In this document: in pieces, positions 18,750 through 26,578 of the stretch | Numbering within the stretch: position 1 is the first letter of the stretch | Layout: the number at the start of each line of letters is the position of its first letter | From: an uncultured Fibrobacter sp. | Lineage (GTDB): Bacteria > Fibrobacterota > Fibrobacteria > Fibrobacterales > Fibrobacteraceae | Reading direction: 5' to 3' | Length of the DNA stretch: 64,000 bases | NCBI GenBank assembly: GCA_964587155.1 | Contig: CAZPKF010000004.1 | Coordinates: 63,752 to 127,751 of the forward strand | Notes under the pieces: model-generated | What the model was told of the DNA's origin: nothing | Databases searched by the model: none | What the model saw: the letters and a program-made list of their open reading frames with translations, nothing else | Translations under genes and position numbers: made by a program

Positions 18750-20414
18750 ATGTTGAAGCAGCTGACCATCCGCAATTTCGCCCTGATTGAAGAATGCTCC
18801 ATTCCTTTTGGAAATGGATTTTCAGCCATCACCGGAGAAACGGGAGCCGGAAAATCCGTTCTCATGGGAGCCTTGCGCGTAGTCGTAGGCGGGAAACCCC
18901 TCCCGACAATGGTCCGCCACGGCGCAGAAAAAGCGACCGTCGAAGCAACTTTCGAGTTTTCCGGAAACCGGGAAGTCGAACATTTTTTGAAAACGGCAGA
19001 AATCGAAGACGATGGAGAACTTGTCGTCCAACGGGAAATCTTCGCCGGAGGAAAAAGCCGCGCCCGCATCAACGGAACGCTAGTCAACCAGGCGACACTT
19101 CAGGGCTTGGGAGAAATCCTTGTCCAAATCCACGGTCAAAGCGACCAGCTGCTGTTGCGCGATCTGCGGACTCAATTGCAAATGTTGGACACTTTTGCCG
19201 AAACCGGGCCCGAATTTACCGCCTACGAAAAAGCATGGAAAACTTGGACCGGACTCAACGAAGAGCTTCAAAAGCGCGAAGAAGAAGCCCGACAACTGGC
19301 TGAACAGAAAGAATTCCTGACATTTCAGAAAAACGAACTGGAAAAAGCAAACCTGAAAAACGGCGAAGAAGCGGAATTAGAAGCCAAAACCACCGCAGCA
19401 GCCAAAGCGGAAACGCAAATGCGTGCCATCGGGGACCTCCGCGAACTATTCGACGGCGAAAACGGTCTCCTGTCAAAATTCGAATCATTCCAGTCCAAGT
19501 TACGACACTTTGCCGTACGGCTTCCCGAACTGGAATCGTGGGCGGTCAAATTGGAAGATGCCTACGACGCACTCTCTTCGGTTGAAGATTTTTTGCGAAA
19601 ATCCGAAGAGGCTTCCGAACTGGATCCCGCCGAATTGGACAGAGCAAATGCGCGGCTTGCGCAAATTCAACGTTTAAAGCGCAAATACCGCACCGATGAA
19701 GCGGGATTGATCGACCTCCGCGACCGTCGATGCCGAGAATTGGAAACTTTGGAGAACTTGGATTCGGACCTTGCAGAAATCCGGAAAAAGCAAATCAAAG
19801 CCGAAGCCGCCTTAGCGGAATCCGCCGAAAAGCTTTCCAAAAAGCGAACCGAAGCCAGTCGCACTCTGGATTCAAACGTCGAAACCATTTTGCACACGTT
19901 GGGGATGCCCCGGGCGAAATTTGTCACCGATATCCGAAAAGAGCCCTGCGGACCCAGTGGAAAAGACCGCGTCGAATTTTGCCTCGCCCCCAATGTCGGA
20001 GAAGGGCAAAAGCCTTTGCGACAAGCTGTTTCCGGCGGGGAACTCTCCCGCGTCCTGCTCGCTTTTGAATCCGTCCTCGCCAAACGCGGCGGCGTCTCGA
20101 TTTTGGTCTTTGACGAAGTGGACTCGGGCATCAGCGGGGAAATCGGCAACAATGTCGGAGACGCGTTGAAAAAAATCGGTGAAAAAAATCAGGTCTTGGC
20201 CATCACGCATTTGCAGCAGGTCGCTTGCCGCGCCGCTTCGCAGCTGGCAGTCGAAAAACGAGAAAATGGCGAAGGGCGTACAATTTCCAATGCAAAATTA
20301 CTATCCTATGAAGAACGGATAATCGAAATTGCAAGAATGCTTGGAGACGCCAAATCCCCCACGTCCCAAGCCCACGCCAAAGAACTTTTGGAGGAAGCGA
20401 ATGCCACTAAGTAG
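18750..20414 (+). CDS. recN: DNA repair protein RecN
   Basis: N-terminal Walker A in MLKQLTIRNFALIEE...ITGETGAGKSVLMGAL, long coiled-coil middle, and C-terminal signature and Walker B in SGGELSRVLLA...ILVFDEVDSGISG. Confidence 0.93.
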   Translation: MLKQLTIRNFALIEECSIPFGNGFSAITGETGAGKSVLMGALRVVVGGKPLPTMVRHGAEKATVEATFEFSGNREVEHFLKTAEIEDDGELVVQREIFAGGKSRARINGTLVNQATLQGLGEILVQIHGQSDQLLLRDLRTQLQMLDTFAETGPEFTAYEKAWKTWTGLNEELQKREEEARQLAEQKEFLTFQKNELEKANLKNGEEAELEAKTTAAAKAETQMRAIGDLRELFDGENGLLSKFESFQSKLRHFAVRLPELESWAVKLEDAYDALSSVEDFLRKSEEASELDPAELDRANARLAQIQRLKRKYRTDEAGLIDLRDRRCRELETLENLDSDLAEIRKKQIKAEAALAESAEKLSKKRTEASRTLDSNVETILHTLGMPRAKFVTDIRKEPCGPSGKDRVEFCLAPNVGEGQKPLRQAVSGGELSRVLLAFESVLAKRGGVSILVFDEVDSGISGEIGNNVGDALKKIGEKNQVLAITHLQQVACRAASQLAVEKRENGEGRTISNAKLLSYEERIIEIARMLGDAKSPTSQAHAKELLEEANATK

Positions 20415-21558
20415 TAAGCTCCTAAATCTCCGAATGAGAGGTCGCGTCTGGAGAATCCTCCGCGCCGCCGTATTCATTCCACTGATCGCCGCCATTTGGA
20501 CTGAGCACAATTACACAGCATCCATGCTCACGTTCATCGTTCTCATTTTAACGTGGCTGAACACATGGCAGCTCCGCGTCCAAGAAACAGAAGAGCCTTA
20601 CTACGAATTAGGACTGAGTGTCCTCGAAGGCATTCTTTCCGTTTCCGTGATGACCAGCATTTTAATCCGGGATTACTTTGCCGACAACGATTTCGAAGTT
20701 TTACTGTGCATCGGGTGCGCCTTCCTGTTGATGCGGCTTATCTCCCATTCACTACTTGCGTATTCCGTCATCCGCGAAGGAAAATCCATGCCGGGGAGAC
20801 ACGCCTGGTCAAAAATTTCCGCCGTAGCCATCACGGTGACAATGCTTGTTTACATTCTGAATCTAGAACGTTTTCAACAAATCTGCATGGTGGCAAGCAT
20901 CCTTTTGATGTGCGCCGCTTCGATTGAATTCCTCTACTGGTTTTACCGGGATCCGGCACACCGCAAACCGCTTTCCATCGCAAGTCAGCTGACAATGACG
21001 CGAATTGTGCTCACTCCGTTCTTTTTGTGGGTATTCTTCTACGACAACAATTTGAATTACGAAGACAACCATATCGTTTTCAAAATCCTTGCGCTGGTCA
21101 TGGTTTTGGGATTTATGCTCACCGACTATTTAGACGGTCACCTGGCGCGGAAATGGGGCGAAGTTTCAACTCTGGGAAAATATTTAGATCCGTTCAGCGA
21201 CAAAATTTCCAACATGACCATTTTCATGTGCTTCATCGCGACTAGTTATGCTCCCGTGTGGATGGTCGCCTTAATTTACTTTCGGGAAGCCAGCGTGGAA
21301 ACTCTCCGAACGCTCGCCGCCGCCGAAGGCTTGATTATGCCTGCTCGTCGCAGCGGGAAATGGAAAACGGCCCTTCAGGGAATCGGCATTGTCACCATCC
21401 TCATTTGCGCTTTAGATCCCATCCAGCAAATCGAGGGCTTCAAAGCGGTCTGGAATTATTTACCGCGCATCGTCATGGGCGTCATCACATTCATCACCCT
21501 GGCCAGCGGTATCGATTACTTTGTCGCCTCCAAGCATATTTTGAAGAAATACATTTAG
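20401..21558 (+). CDS. CDP-alcohol phosphatidyltransferase with a roughly 200-aa N-terminal multi-TM extension
   Basis: Full family motif D-x2-DG-x2-AR-x8-G-x3-D-x3-D is present in TDYLDGHLARKWGEVSTLGKYLDPFSDK. Start taken at the ATG at 20401, overlapping the recN stop by 14 nt. Confidence 0.8.
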   Translation: MPLSSKLLNLRMRGRVWRILRAAVFIPLIAAIWTEHNYTASMLTFIVLILTWLNTWQLRVQETEEPYYELGLSVLEGILSVSVMTSILIRDYFADNDFEVLLCIGCAFLLMRLISHSLLAYSVIREGKSMPGRHAWSKISAVAITVTMLVYILNLERFQQICMVASILLMCAASIEFLYWFYRDPAHRKPLSIASQLTMTRIVLTPFFLWVFFYDNNLNYEDNHIVFKILALVMVLGFMLTDYLDGHLARKWGEVSTLGKYLDPFSDKISNMTIFMCFIATSYAPVWMVALIYFREASVETLRTLAAAEGLIMPARRSGKWKTALQGIGIVTILICALDPIQQIEGFKAVWNYLPRIVMGVITFITLASGIDYFVASKHILKKYI

Positions 21559-21563
21559 CCCCC

Positions 21564-21592
21564 TTGCCAACAGGCGTTCAAATTACTATATA
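21564..21592 (+). promoter_or_regulatory. Sigma70-like promoter for the tRNA (TTGCCA-N17-TATATA)
   Basis: -35 TTGCCA at 21564-21569, 17-nt spacer, -10 TATATA at 21587-21592. The mature tRNA 5' end lies about 25 nt downstream of the expected start site. Confidence 0.5.
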
Positions 21593-21623
21593 TGGCATGT
21601 ATCGGAAACGATACGCCCCTTGA

Positions 21624-21697
<74 letters not shown>

Positions 21698-21700
21698 CTA

Positions 21701-21730
21701 AAGACTCGGATTCATTCCGAGTCTTTTTCT
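21701..21730 (+). terminator. Rho-independent terminator after the tRNA
   Basis: 10-bp stem AAGACTCGGA / TCCGAGTCTT, 5-nt loop, and a T-run. Confidence 0.8.
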
Positions 21731-21891
21731 TTATTATCCGTTTCCATCCATATTAACTATCTTTCAAATGTGCGATTTTTTGGACTCCCAATGAAACGAA
21801 TTGCTTTTTCCGTACGATTTTTCACACGGAAATTTTCCGGCATTCAAGCAAGCCCGCTTTCAAAGCAAAACGGACTTGGGAGTTCTGTCTG

Positions 21892-22833
21892 ATGCGCTCC
21901 GAAACGCAAAATCGCATCAAGGCCTTCTTAAAGCTCCTCGTCAGCGCTGCGGGAATCGGCTACATTTTTTATAAAGTTCCATTCAGCAGCATTCGACAAA
22001 ACTGGACCGCAGAAACCCTCCCCTGGATATTCTTTCTGCTTATCATCACATTCTTGTCAATGCTCATACAAGCGAACCGCTGGCGGGGACTTCTGCTCGA
22101 TGAAGGGAAAAAAATCCCCTTTCGGACATTCTACGCTTATATTGCACTAGGATATTTTTTCACCGCTTTTTTACCGGGCGGATTCGGCGGAGACATCGTC
22201 AAGACATTAGCATTCGGAAAGCGTTTCAAACAGACCTCCCGTTCTGTTGCGGCAATTCTCGTTTCCCGCGTCCAGGGGCTTCTAATGCTCTTTCTCCTTT
22301 TCTTTGTTTCCCTGCCTTGGGTCCTTTGGCACTATTCGCTGCCTTTTTACTACACGATTGGCATGGGAATAGCCCTATTCCTTTCCATCGCCGCGATTCT
22401 CTTTTGCTGCTTTTCAGACAAAGTCAAGATTCCCGAACGTTTTAGCGAACGTCTGCATTTTATCGCCAAATTACAAGAATCGCTTTCCCTTTACCGGAAC
22501 CATAAAAAACAATTTTTTCTGTCGTTCTGGGATTCTTTCCTGTTACAGCTCATCGTCTTCGTCACCTCGTATGGTTACTTCCGCTCCATCGGAATCGCTT
22601 TGGATTTTCGACTGGTCATCGTATTTTCCGCCATCACGATCATTGTCACCATGCTGCCCATTTCCCTCAACGGAATTGGCATCCGGGAATGGGTCATCAT
22701 CAGCCTTTACACGGGAATTTTGGGACTCCCCGCCGACAAGGTTTTAGCGGGAAACCTGCTCGGTTATCTGTTGCTGTTGTTCCAGGCGATTCAAGGCGCA
22801 ATCGTTTTCGCCGTTCAAAAAAAGACAATCTAA
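21892..22833 (+). CDS. Polytopic membrane protein, UPF0104 / lysyl-phosphatidylglycerol-synthase-TM (flippase-like) family
   Basis: 313 aa with about 8 hydrophobic spans. N-terminus RIKAFLKLLVSAAGIGYIFYKV is typical of this family as I recall it. Confidence 0.55.
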   Translation: MRSETQNRIKAFLKLLVSAAGIGYIFYKVPFSSIRQNWTAETLPWIFFLLIITFLSMLIQANRWRGLLLDEGKKIPFRTFYAYIALGYFFTAFLPGGFGGDIVKTLAFGKRFKQTSRSVAAILVSRVQGLLMLFLLFFVSLPWVLWHYSLPFYYTIGMGIALFLSIAAILFCCFSDKVKIPERFSERLHFIAKLQESLSLYRNHKKQFFLSFWDSFLLQLIVFVTSYGYFRSIGIALDFRLVIVFSAITIIVTMLPISLNGIGIREWVIISLYTGILGLPADKVLAGNLLGYLLLLFQAIQGAIVFAVQKKTI

Positions 22834-22919
22834 AGTCCTAGCAAAATTTTACATTTTCCATGCGCTTCTTGAAGCAAAGAAACTTAATTTGATAAAAACT
22901 TCGAAGACGAGGATTTGCC

Positions 22920-23843
22920 ATGCGCGTTTTCATTACAGGCGGAACCGGATTCATTGGGCACTACGTCGCCCGCGAACTTTTGGAATGCGGACACAAATTG
23001 GTCATTTTGGCCCGTCACCCCGATAAAATTCCCTATTTTTCAAATCACCCAAATGTGGAAATTTTACCGGGCACTATTTATGACGGAGCCACGATTTCCA
23101 AAGGCCTCGCCGGCTGCGAAGCGTGCATTCACATCGCCTTCGGCTGGGGAGAAACTCCACTTTCGATGTTGGAAAACGACACACGCGTCACCGTTTTGAT
23201 GCTGCAGGCCGCCGCCAAAGCCGGATGTCGAAAATTCATTTACACGTCAAGCACCGCCGCCATGGGAAAATTCCGCCCGCTGATGACAGAAAATGTGGTG
23301 AACCTTCCCGTTGACCTTTACGGTGCGACGAAAGCCGCCGGCGAAGCTTACATTTTGGGATTCCGCGGCACCGACATGAAGCGCAACATCATCCGGCCGG
23401 GTTACACATTTGGGAATCCCGCCTTTGGAAACGCCGGCGGAACAAGTCAACCGGACAAGCGTTTTGCAGAAATGGCGAAGTCCATCGTGAACGGCACCGC
23501 CATCCGTTTAATCAAAAACGACGGGACTCAATTCATCCACGCCCGCGATCAGGCAAAACTATTCCGCCACGTTTTGGATTGCGACATGAACGAAGAAATT
23601 TTCCTTGGACTGGGAAAAACTTGGATTTCGTGGAAATCCATTGCGCAAAAGATGATGGTCGCCTACGAAAAATTGGCAGGTAAAACCAGTTCCGCATTTA
23701 TCGAAGAACAGGACTTGGGTTGGTCCGATTCTCCGATGCTTTTTTCCGTTGAAAAAATTGCCACCCTCTTCAATTTGCGATTCGACGCTCAAGAAAACAT
23801 GGATGAGCACATCGAATGGCAATTGCAAAACGCATTAAGATAG
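22920..23843 (+). CDS. NAD-dependent epimerase/dehydratase (extended SDR)
   Basis: MRVFITGGTGFIGHYV Rossmann motif and YxxxK in YGATKAAGE. Confidence 0.85.
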   Translation: MRVFITGGTGFIGHYVARELLECGHKLVILARHPDKIPYFSNHPNVEILPGTIYDGATISKGLAGCEACIHIAFGWGETPLSMLENDTRVTVLMLQAAAKAGCRKFIYTSSTAAMGKFRPLMTENVVNLPVDLYGATKAAGEAYILGFRGTDMKRNIIRPGYTFGNPAFGNAGGTSQPDKRFAEMAKSIVNGTAIRLIKNDGTQFIHARDQAKLFRHVLDCDMNEEIFLGLGKTWISWKSIAQKMMVAYEKLAGKTSSAFIEEQDLGWSDSPMLFSVEKIATLFNLRFDAQENMDEHIEWQLQNALR

Positions 23844-24854
23844 CGATTCCTTCAAAAAGGCTATCGCCTCGTGGCGGGAGGGGCTTATGGATTCGTATAG
23901 TTCCAGTATGCGGAGCAGCCTGCGGCATCCCGGAACGATGAATTTTCCAAAGCTTTCGATTTTCTTTTCGCGGGAAAGAAAACAGAACGCCCCCAACGCC
24001 TGCATCAGACGCTGCATTCCCGCCTGCAAAAAGAGCACCCAAGCTTCTTCCCGGTCAAAAGAACTCGAACAGAGGGAATTGTTCCGGTACCATTCGTCAA
24101 AAAATTCCGTCACCAAATTTTCGGAAAGCGAAACATAAGGGTCTAAAAGAAGCGATGCGATGTCATAAAAGACGGACCCACGTCTCGCTCCCTGAAAATC
24201 AACAAAACCGATTTCGGAATCGGATTGGACTGTTACATTTTGCGATTGAAAGTCCCTGTGCATCAAAACTTTGGGATGGGTATCGACCATGCAGGCCAAC
24301 GTGGAAAAGAAGTTTTCTACCGCTGCGGGAATTTCAAAAATGCCCTTTTCCTTTTGCAAGAAATTTTCCCGGAAATAATCGGATTCCCATTTGAGTGCCG
24401 CATAATCAAAACGCCTCGCCGCGATATCCGGTCTCGACAAAAAGAATCGGGGGCTGGAATGTTGCCATTTGACAAGAGCCTCGATAGCTAACGGATAAAG
24501 GATGCGGACATTCCCCACCAAAAGTTCCCCGTTTTGCATCACCAGGGAATAAAGGGTGTTCGTCCCCATGTCCTGCATCAAAACCTGAAGGGCCTCTTCA
24601 TCGACCGTCCAAATTTCTGGAGTCGGAAACCCAAACGCCGAAAACGATTTTCCATAAGAGACAAAACGGTCGAAATCTTCACCTTTCAAAAGATTAGTTT
24701 GCAAAATGGCGGAATTTTCCCCTTCGGCAATTCGGAAATACCGCCGTCCCGAACCAGCCGAACCGGCGAGCGACCACTTAGCGGAAGCCCCAAAGCCCCT
24801 GTTTTCAAGAACCCGGAGAATTTTAGACGAGACCTGAGGAATTTCTTGTGTCAT
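23835..24854 (-). CDS. Phosphotransferase of the APH/choline-kinase-like fold (possibly a sugar kinase)
   Basis: Catalytic loop LMHRDFQSQNV and metal-binding motif in VDFQGARRGSVFYDIASLL. Internal ATG at 24854 (MTQEIPQV...) preferred; the 85-codon ORF extension runs into the AT-rich trp promoter region. Confidence 0.7.
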   Translation of the reverse strand: MTQEIPQVSSKILRVLENRGFGASAKWSLAGSAGSGRRYFRIAEGENSAILQTNLLKGEDFDRFVSYGKSFSAFGFPTPEIWTVDEEALQVLMQDMGTNTLYSLVMQNGELLVGNVRILYPLAIEALVKWQHSSPRFFLSRPDIAARRFDYAALKWESDYFRENFLQKEKGIFEIPAAVENFFSTLACMVDTHPKVLMHRDFQSQNVTVQSDSEIGFVDFQGARRGSVFYDIASLLLDPYVSLSENLVTEFFDEWYRNNSLCSSSFDREEAWVLFLQAGMQRLMQALGAFCFLSREKKIESFGKFIVPGCRRLLRILELYESISPSRHEAIAFLKESLS

Positions 24855-24953
24855 GGCGCACCTTGAAAGAATGAATGTGTTTTTCTCCAATATACTTATA
24901 TGCAAAACAAAATAGATTCTTTCGAAGACAAAAATTTTTTTTGATTTTTCCCA

Positions 24954-24982
24954 TTGCCAAGTAAAAAATCCTTTTATATTAT
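24954..24982 (+). promoter_or_regulatory. Sigma70-like promoter for the trp leader (TTGCCA-N17-TATTAT)
   Basis: -35 TTGCCA at 24954-24959, 17-nt spacer, -10 TATTAT at 24977-24982. The leader ATG lies 8 nt downstream. Confidence 0.45.
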
Positions 24983-24990
24983 TTTGGCAA

Positions 24991-25062
24991 ATGAAAAACT
25001 CGATCATCACAAAGAACAACAATTGGTGGTGGCGCACTTCGAAGTCGGAGTTCGCGTTATAA
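24991..25062 (+). CDS. trpL: trp operon leader peptide, 23 aa: MKNSIITKNNNWWWRTSKSEFAL
   Basis: Small ORF missing from the 60-aa-minimum track. It has three consecutive TGG codons at 25024-25032, lies about 90 nt upstream of trpE, and is followed by an antiterminator and terminator pair. Confidence 0.7.
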   Translation: MKNSIITKNNNWWWRTSKSEFAL

Positions 25063-25123
25063 GACTGTTGCTCTTTTAAATAGTGGCTAATAAGCGGCTC
25101 CGATTTCATCGGGGCCTTTTTTT
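25041..25123 (+). promoter_or_regulatory. trp transcription attenuator (alternative antiterminator and terminator structures)
   Basis: Terminator: 25096-25104 pairs with 25108-25116 (9 bp, one G-U), followed by seven T at 25117-25123. Antiterminator: GAAGTCGGAG 25041-25050 pairs with CTCCGATTTC 25098-25107 (10 bp, one G-U). The two structures share the 5' arm of the terminator. Confidence 0.7.
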
Positions 25124-25152
25124 ATGCAAAAACTTCAAAACAAGGACTACTT

Positions 25153-26565
25153 ATGAAAAAAAGAACTGACAGCGTATACCTTTCCCTCGAAGGGGAACGC
25201 TATACCCCATTCACCCTAGCCAAGAAGCTTGGCGCAAAAGCGATTCTTGAATCAGCTTCCTTTTCACAAGGAGCGAACCGATTTTCCATTTTAATGTTGG
25301 AAGAGGCGTTCCATGTCGTAGAAGATGAAAACGGCGTTGCCTTGCTCATTGACGGCAAACGAAAACCGTTCCCGGCAAACGACATTCTCGATGCGCTAGA
25401 ACTTATCGCAAGCGAAAACGAAAAGCCGAAAAGCATTCCGCTTCCGGCGGCAGGCATCGGATTTCTTTCTTATGAATTTTGCGCGCGCTGTGACAGCATC
25501 CATTTGCAAAAACAGGAAGATTCGCTGCAAATTCCCGAATCGGAATTTACCGTTGGGCACATTTACATCGTATTTGACCATTTTACAGATACCCTGCACG
25601 TATTCGGACTCAATTACAACGAGCACGAAATCGACTTAGAAAAGGCTATTGGGAGAATGCGCAAAAAGCTTTCCAATTTGGACTTTTCCTATCTCGAAAA
25701 TCCCGAAGACAATTATCCCTGCAAAGTCATCACGGATTTTCAAAAAAGTCACGACGAATATGTTCATTGCGTTGCGGAAATAAAAAAACACATCATCGCC
25801 GGAGACATCATCCAAGCTGTTCCGTCACGCCGATTGCAAATGGAATCTGAAATGCCCGCAATAGACGTTTACCGCCGATTGAGGACTCTCAATCCATCGC
25901 CGTATCTGCTCTACATCGACTTTGGAAACTATCAGCTGGTCGGTTCTTCTCCAGAAAGCCTCGTGCGTTCTCGGCAGGGAAAATCTTCCATCCGTCCCAT
26001 CGCCGGGACCATCCGCCGTGGGAAAAACGAAGCCGAAGATGAGTTTTTAAAAGAAAAGCTTTCCCATGACCCCAAAGAACGCGCGGAACATTTGATGCTT
26101 GTCGATTTGGCCCGAAATGATTTGGGCCGCGTTTCAGAACCAGGAACGGTTAAAGTGACCCGCAACATGGAATGCGAACTTTTCAGCCACGTAATCCATC
26201 TCGTTTCTGAAGTAGAAGGGAAAACGCGAAAGGATTTAAAGCCGATTCAAGTTCTCCGCTCCGCGTTTCCCGCAGGCACGGTCAGCGGTGCGCCCAAAAT
26301 CAGCGCCATCGAAATCATCTCCTCGCTAGAAAGTCAAAAACGGAATTTTTACGCAGGAGCTGTCGGTTATCTCGAAGCAGACGGCGACTTGGATTTTTGC
26401 ATTGCCATCCGATGCGCCTTAAAGCAAGGCAACCGTTGGACTTTACAAGCCGGTTCGGGAATCGTCTACGCGTCTGACCCGGAACGGGAATGGGAAGAAA
26501 CCAATGAAAAGCTCGGCGCCATGATTCAAGTTTTGGAATCCGCACCAAATCACGTCAAACTTTAA
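25153..26565 (+). CDS. trpE: Anthranilate synthase component I
   Basis: 470 aa with chorismate-binding family motifs (LNPSPYLLYIDFGNYQLVGSSPE, GTVSGAPK, YAGAVGY). Confidence 0.95.
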   Translation: MKKRTDSVYLSLEGERYTPFTLAKKLGAKAILESASFSQGANRFSILMLEEAFHVVEDENGVALLIDGKRKPFPANDILDALELIASENEKPKSIPLPAAGIGFLSYEFCARCDSIHLQKQEDSLQIPESEFTVGHIYIVFDHFTDTLHVFGLNYNEHEIDLEKAIGRMRKKLSNLDFSYLENPEDNYPCKVITDFQKSHDEYVHCVAEIKKHIIAGDIIQAVPSRRLQMESEMPAIDVYRRLRTLNPSPYLLYIDFGNYQLVGSSPESLVRSRQGKSSIRPIAGTIRRGKNEAEDEFLKEKLSHDPKERAEHLMLVDLARNDLGRVSEPGTVKVTRNMECELFSHVIHLVSEVEGKTRKDLKPIQVLRSAFPAGTVSGAPKISAIEIISSLESQKRNFYAGAVGYLEADGDLDFCIAIRCALKQGNRWTLQAGSGIVYASDPEREWEETNEKLGAMIQVLESAPNHVKL

Positions 26566-26578
26566 TGCAGAGGTATTT

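Noticed and set aside
24855-25109. 85-codon N-terminal extension of the APH-fold kinase ORF (ORF track 23835..25109).
   Set aside because: The extension runs through the AT-rich trp promoter and leader region on the opposite strand and has an odd composition (FFVMIEFFICQNNIKGFF). The internal ATG at 24854 gives a normal kinase N-terminus.
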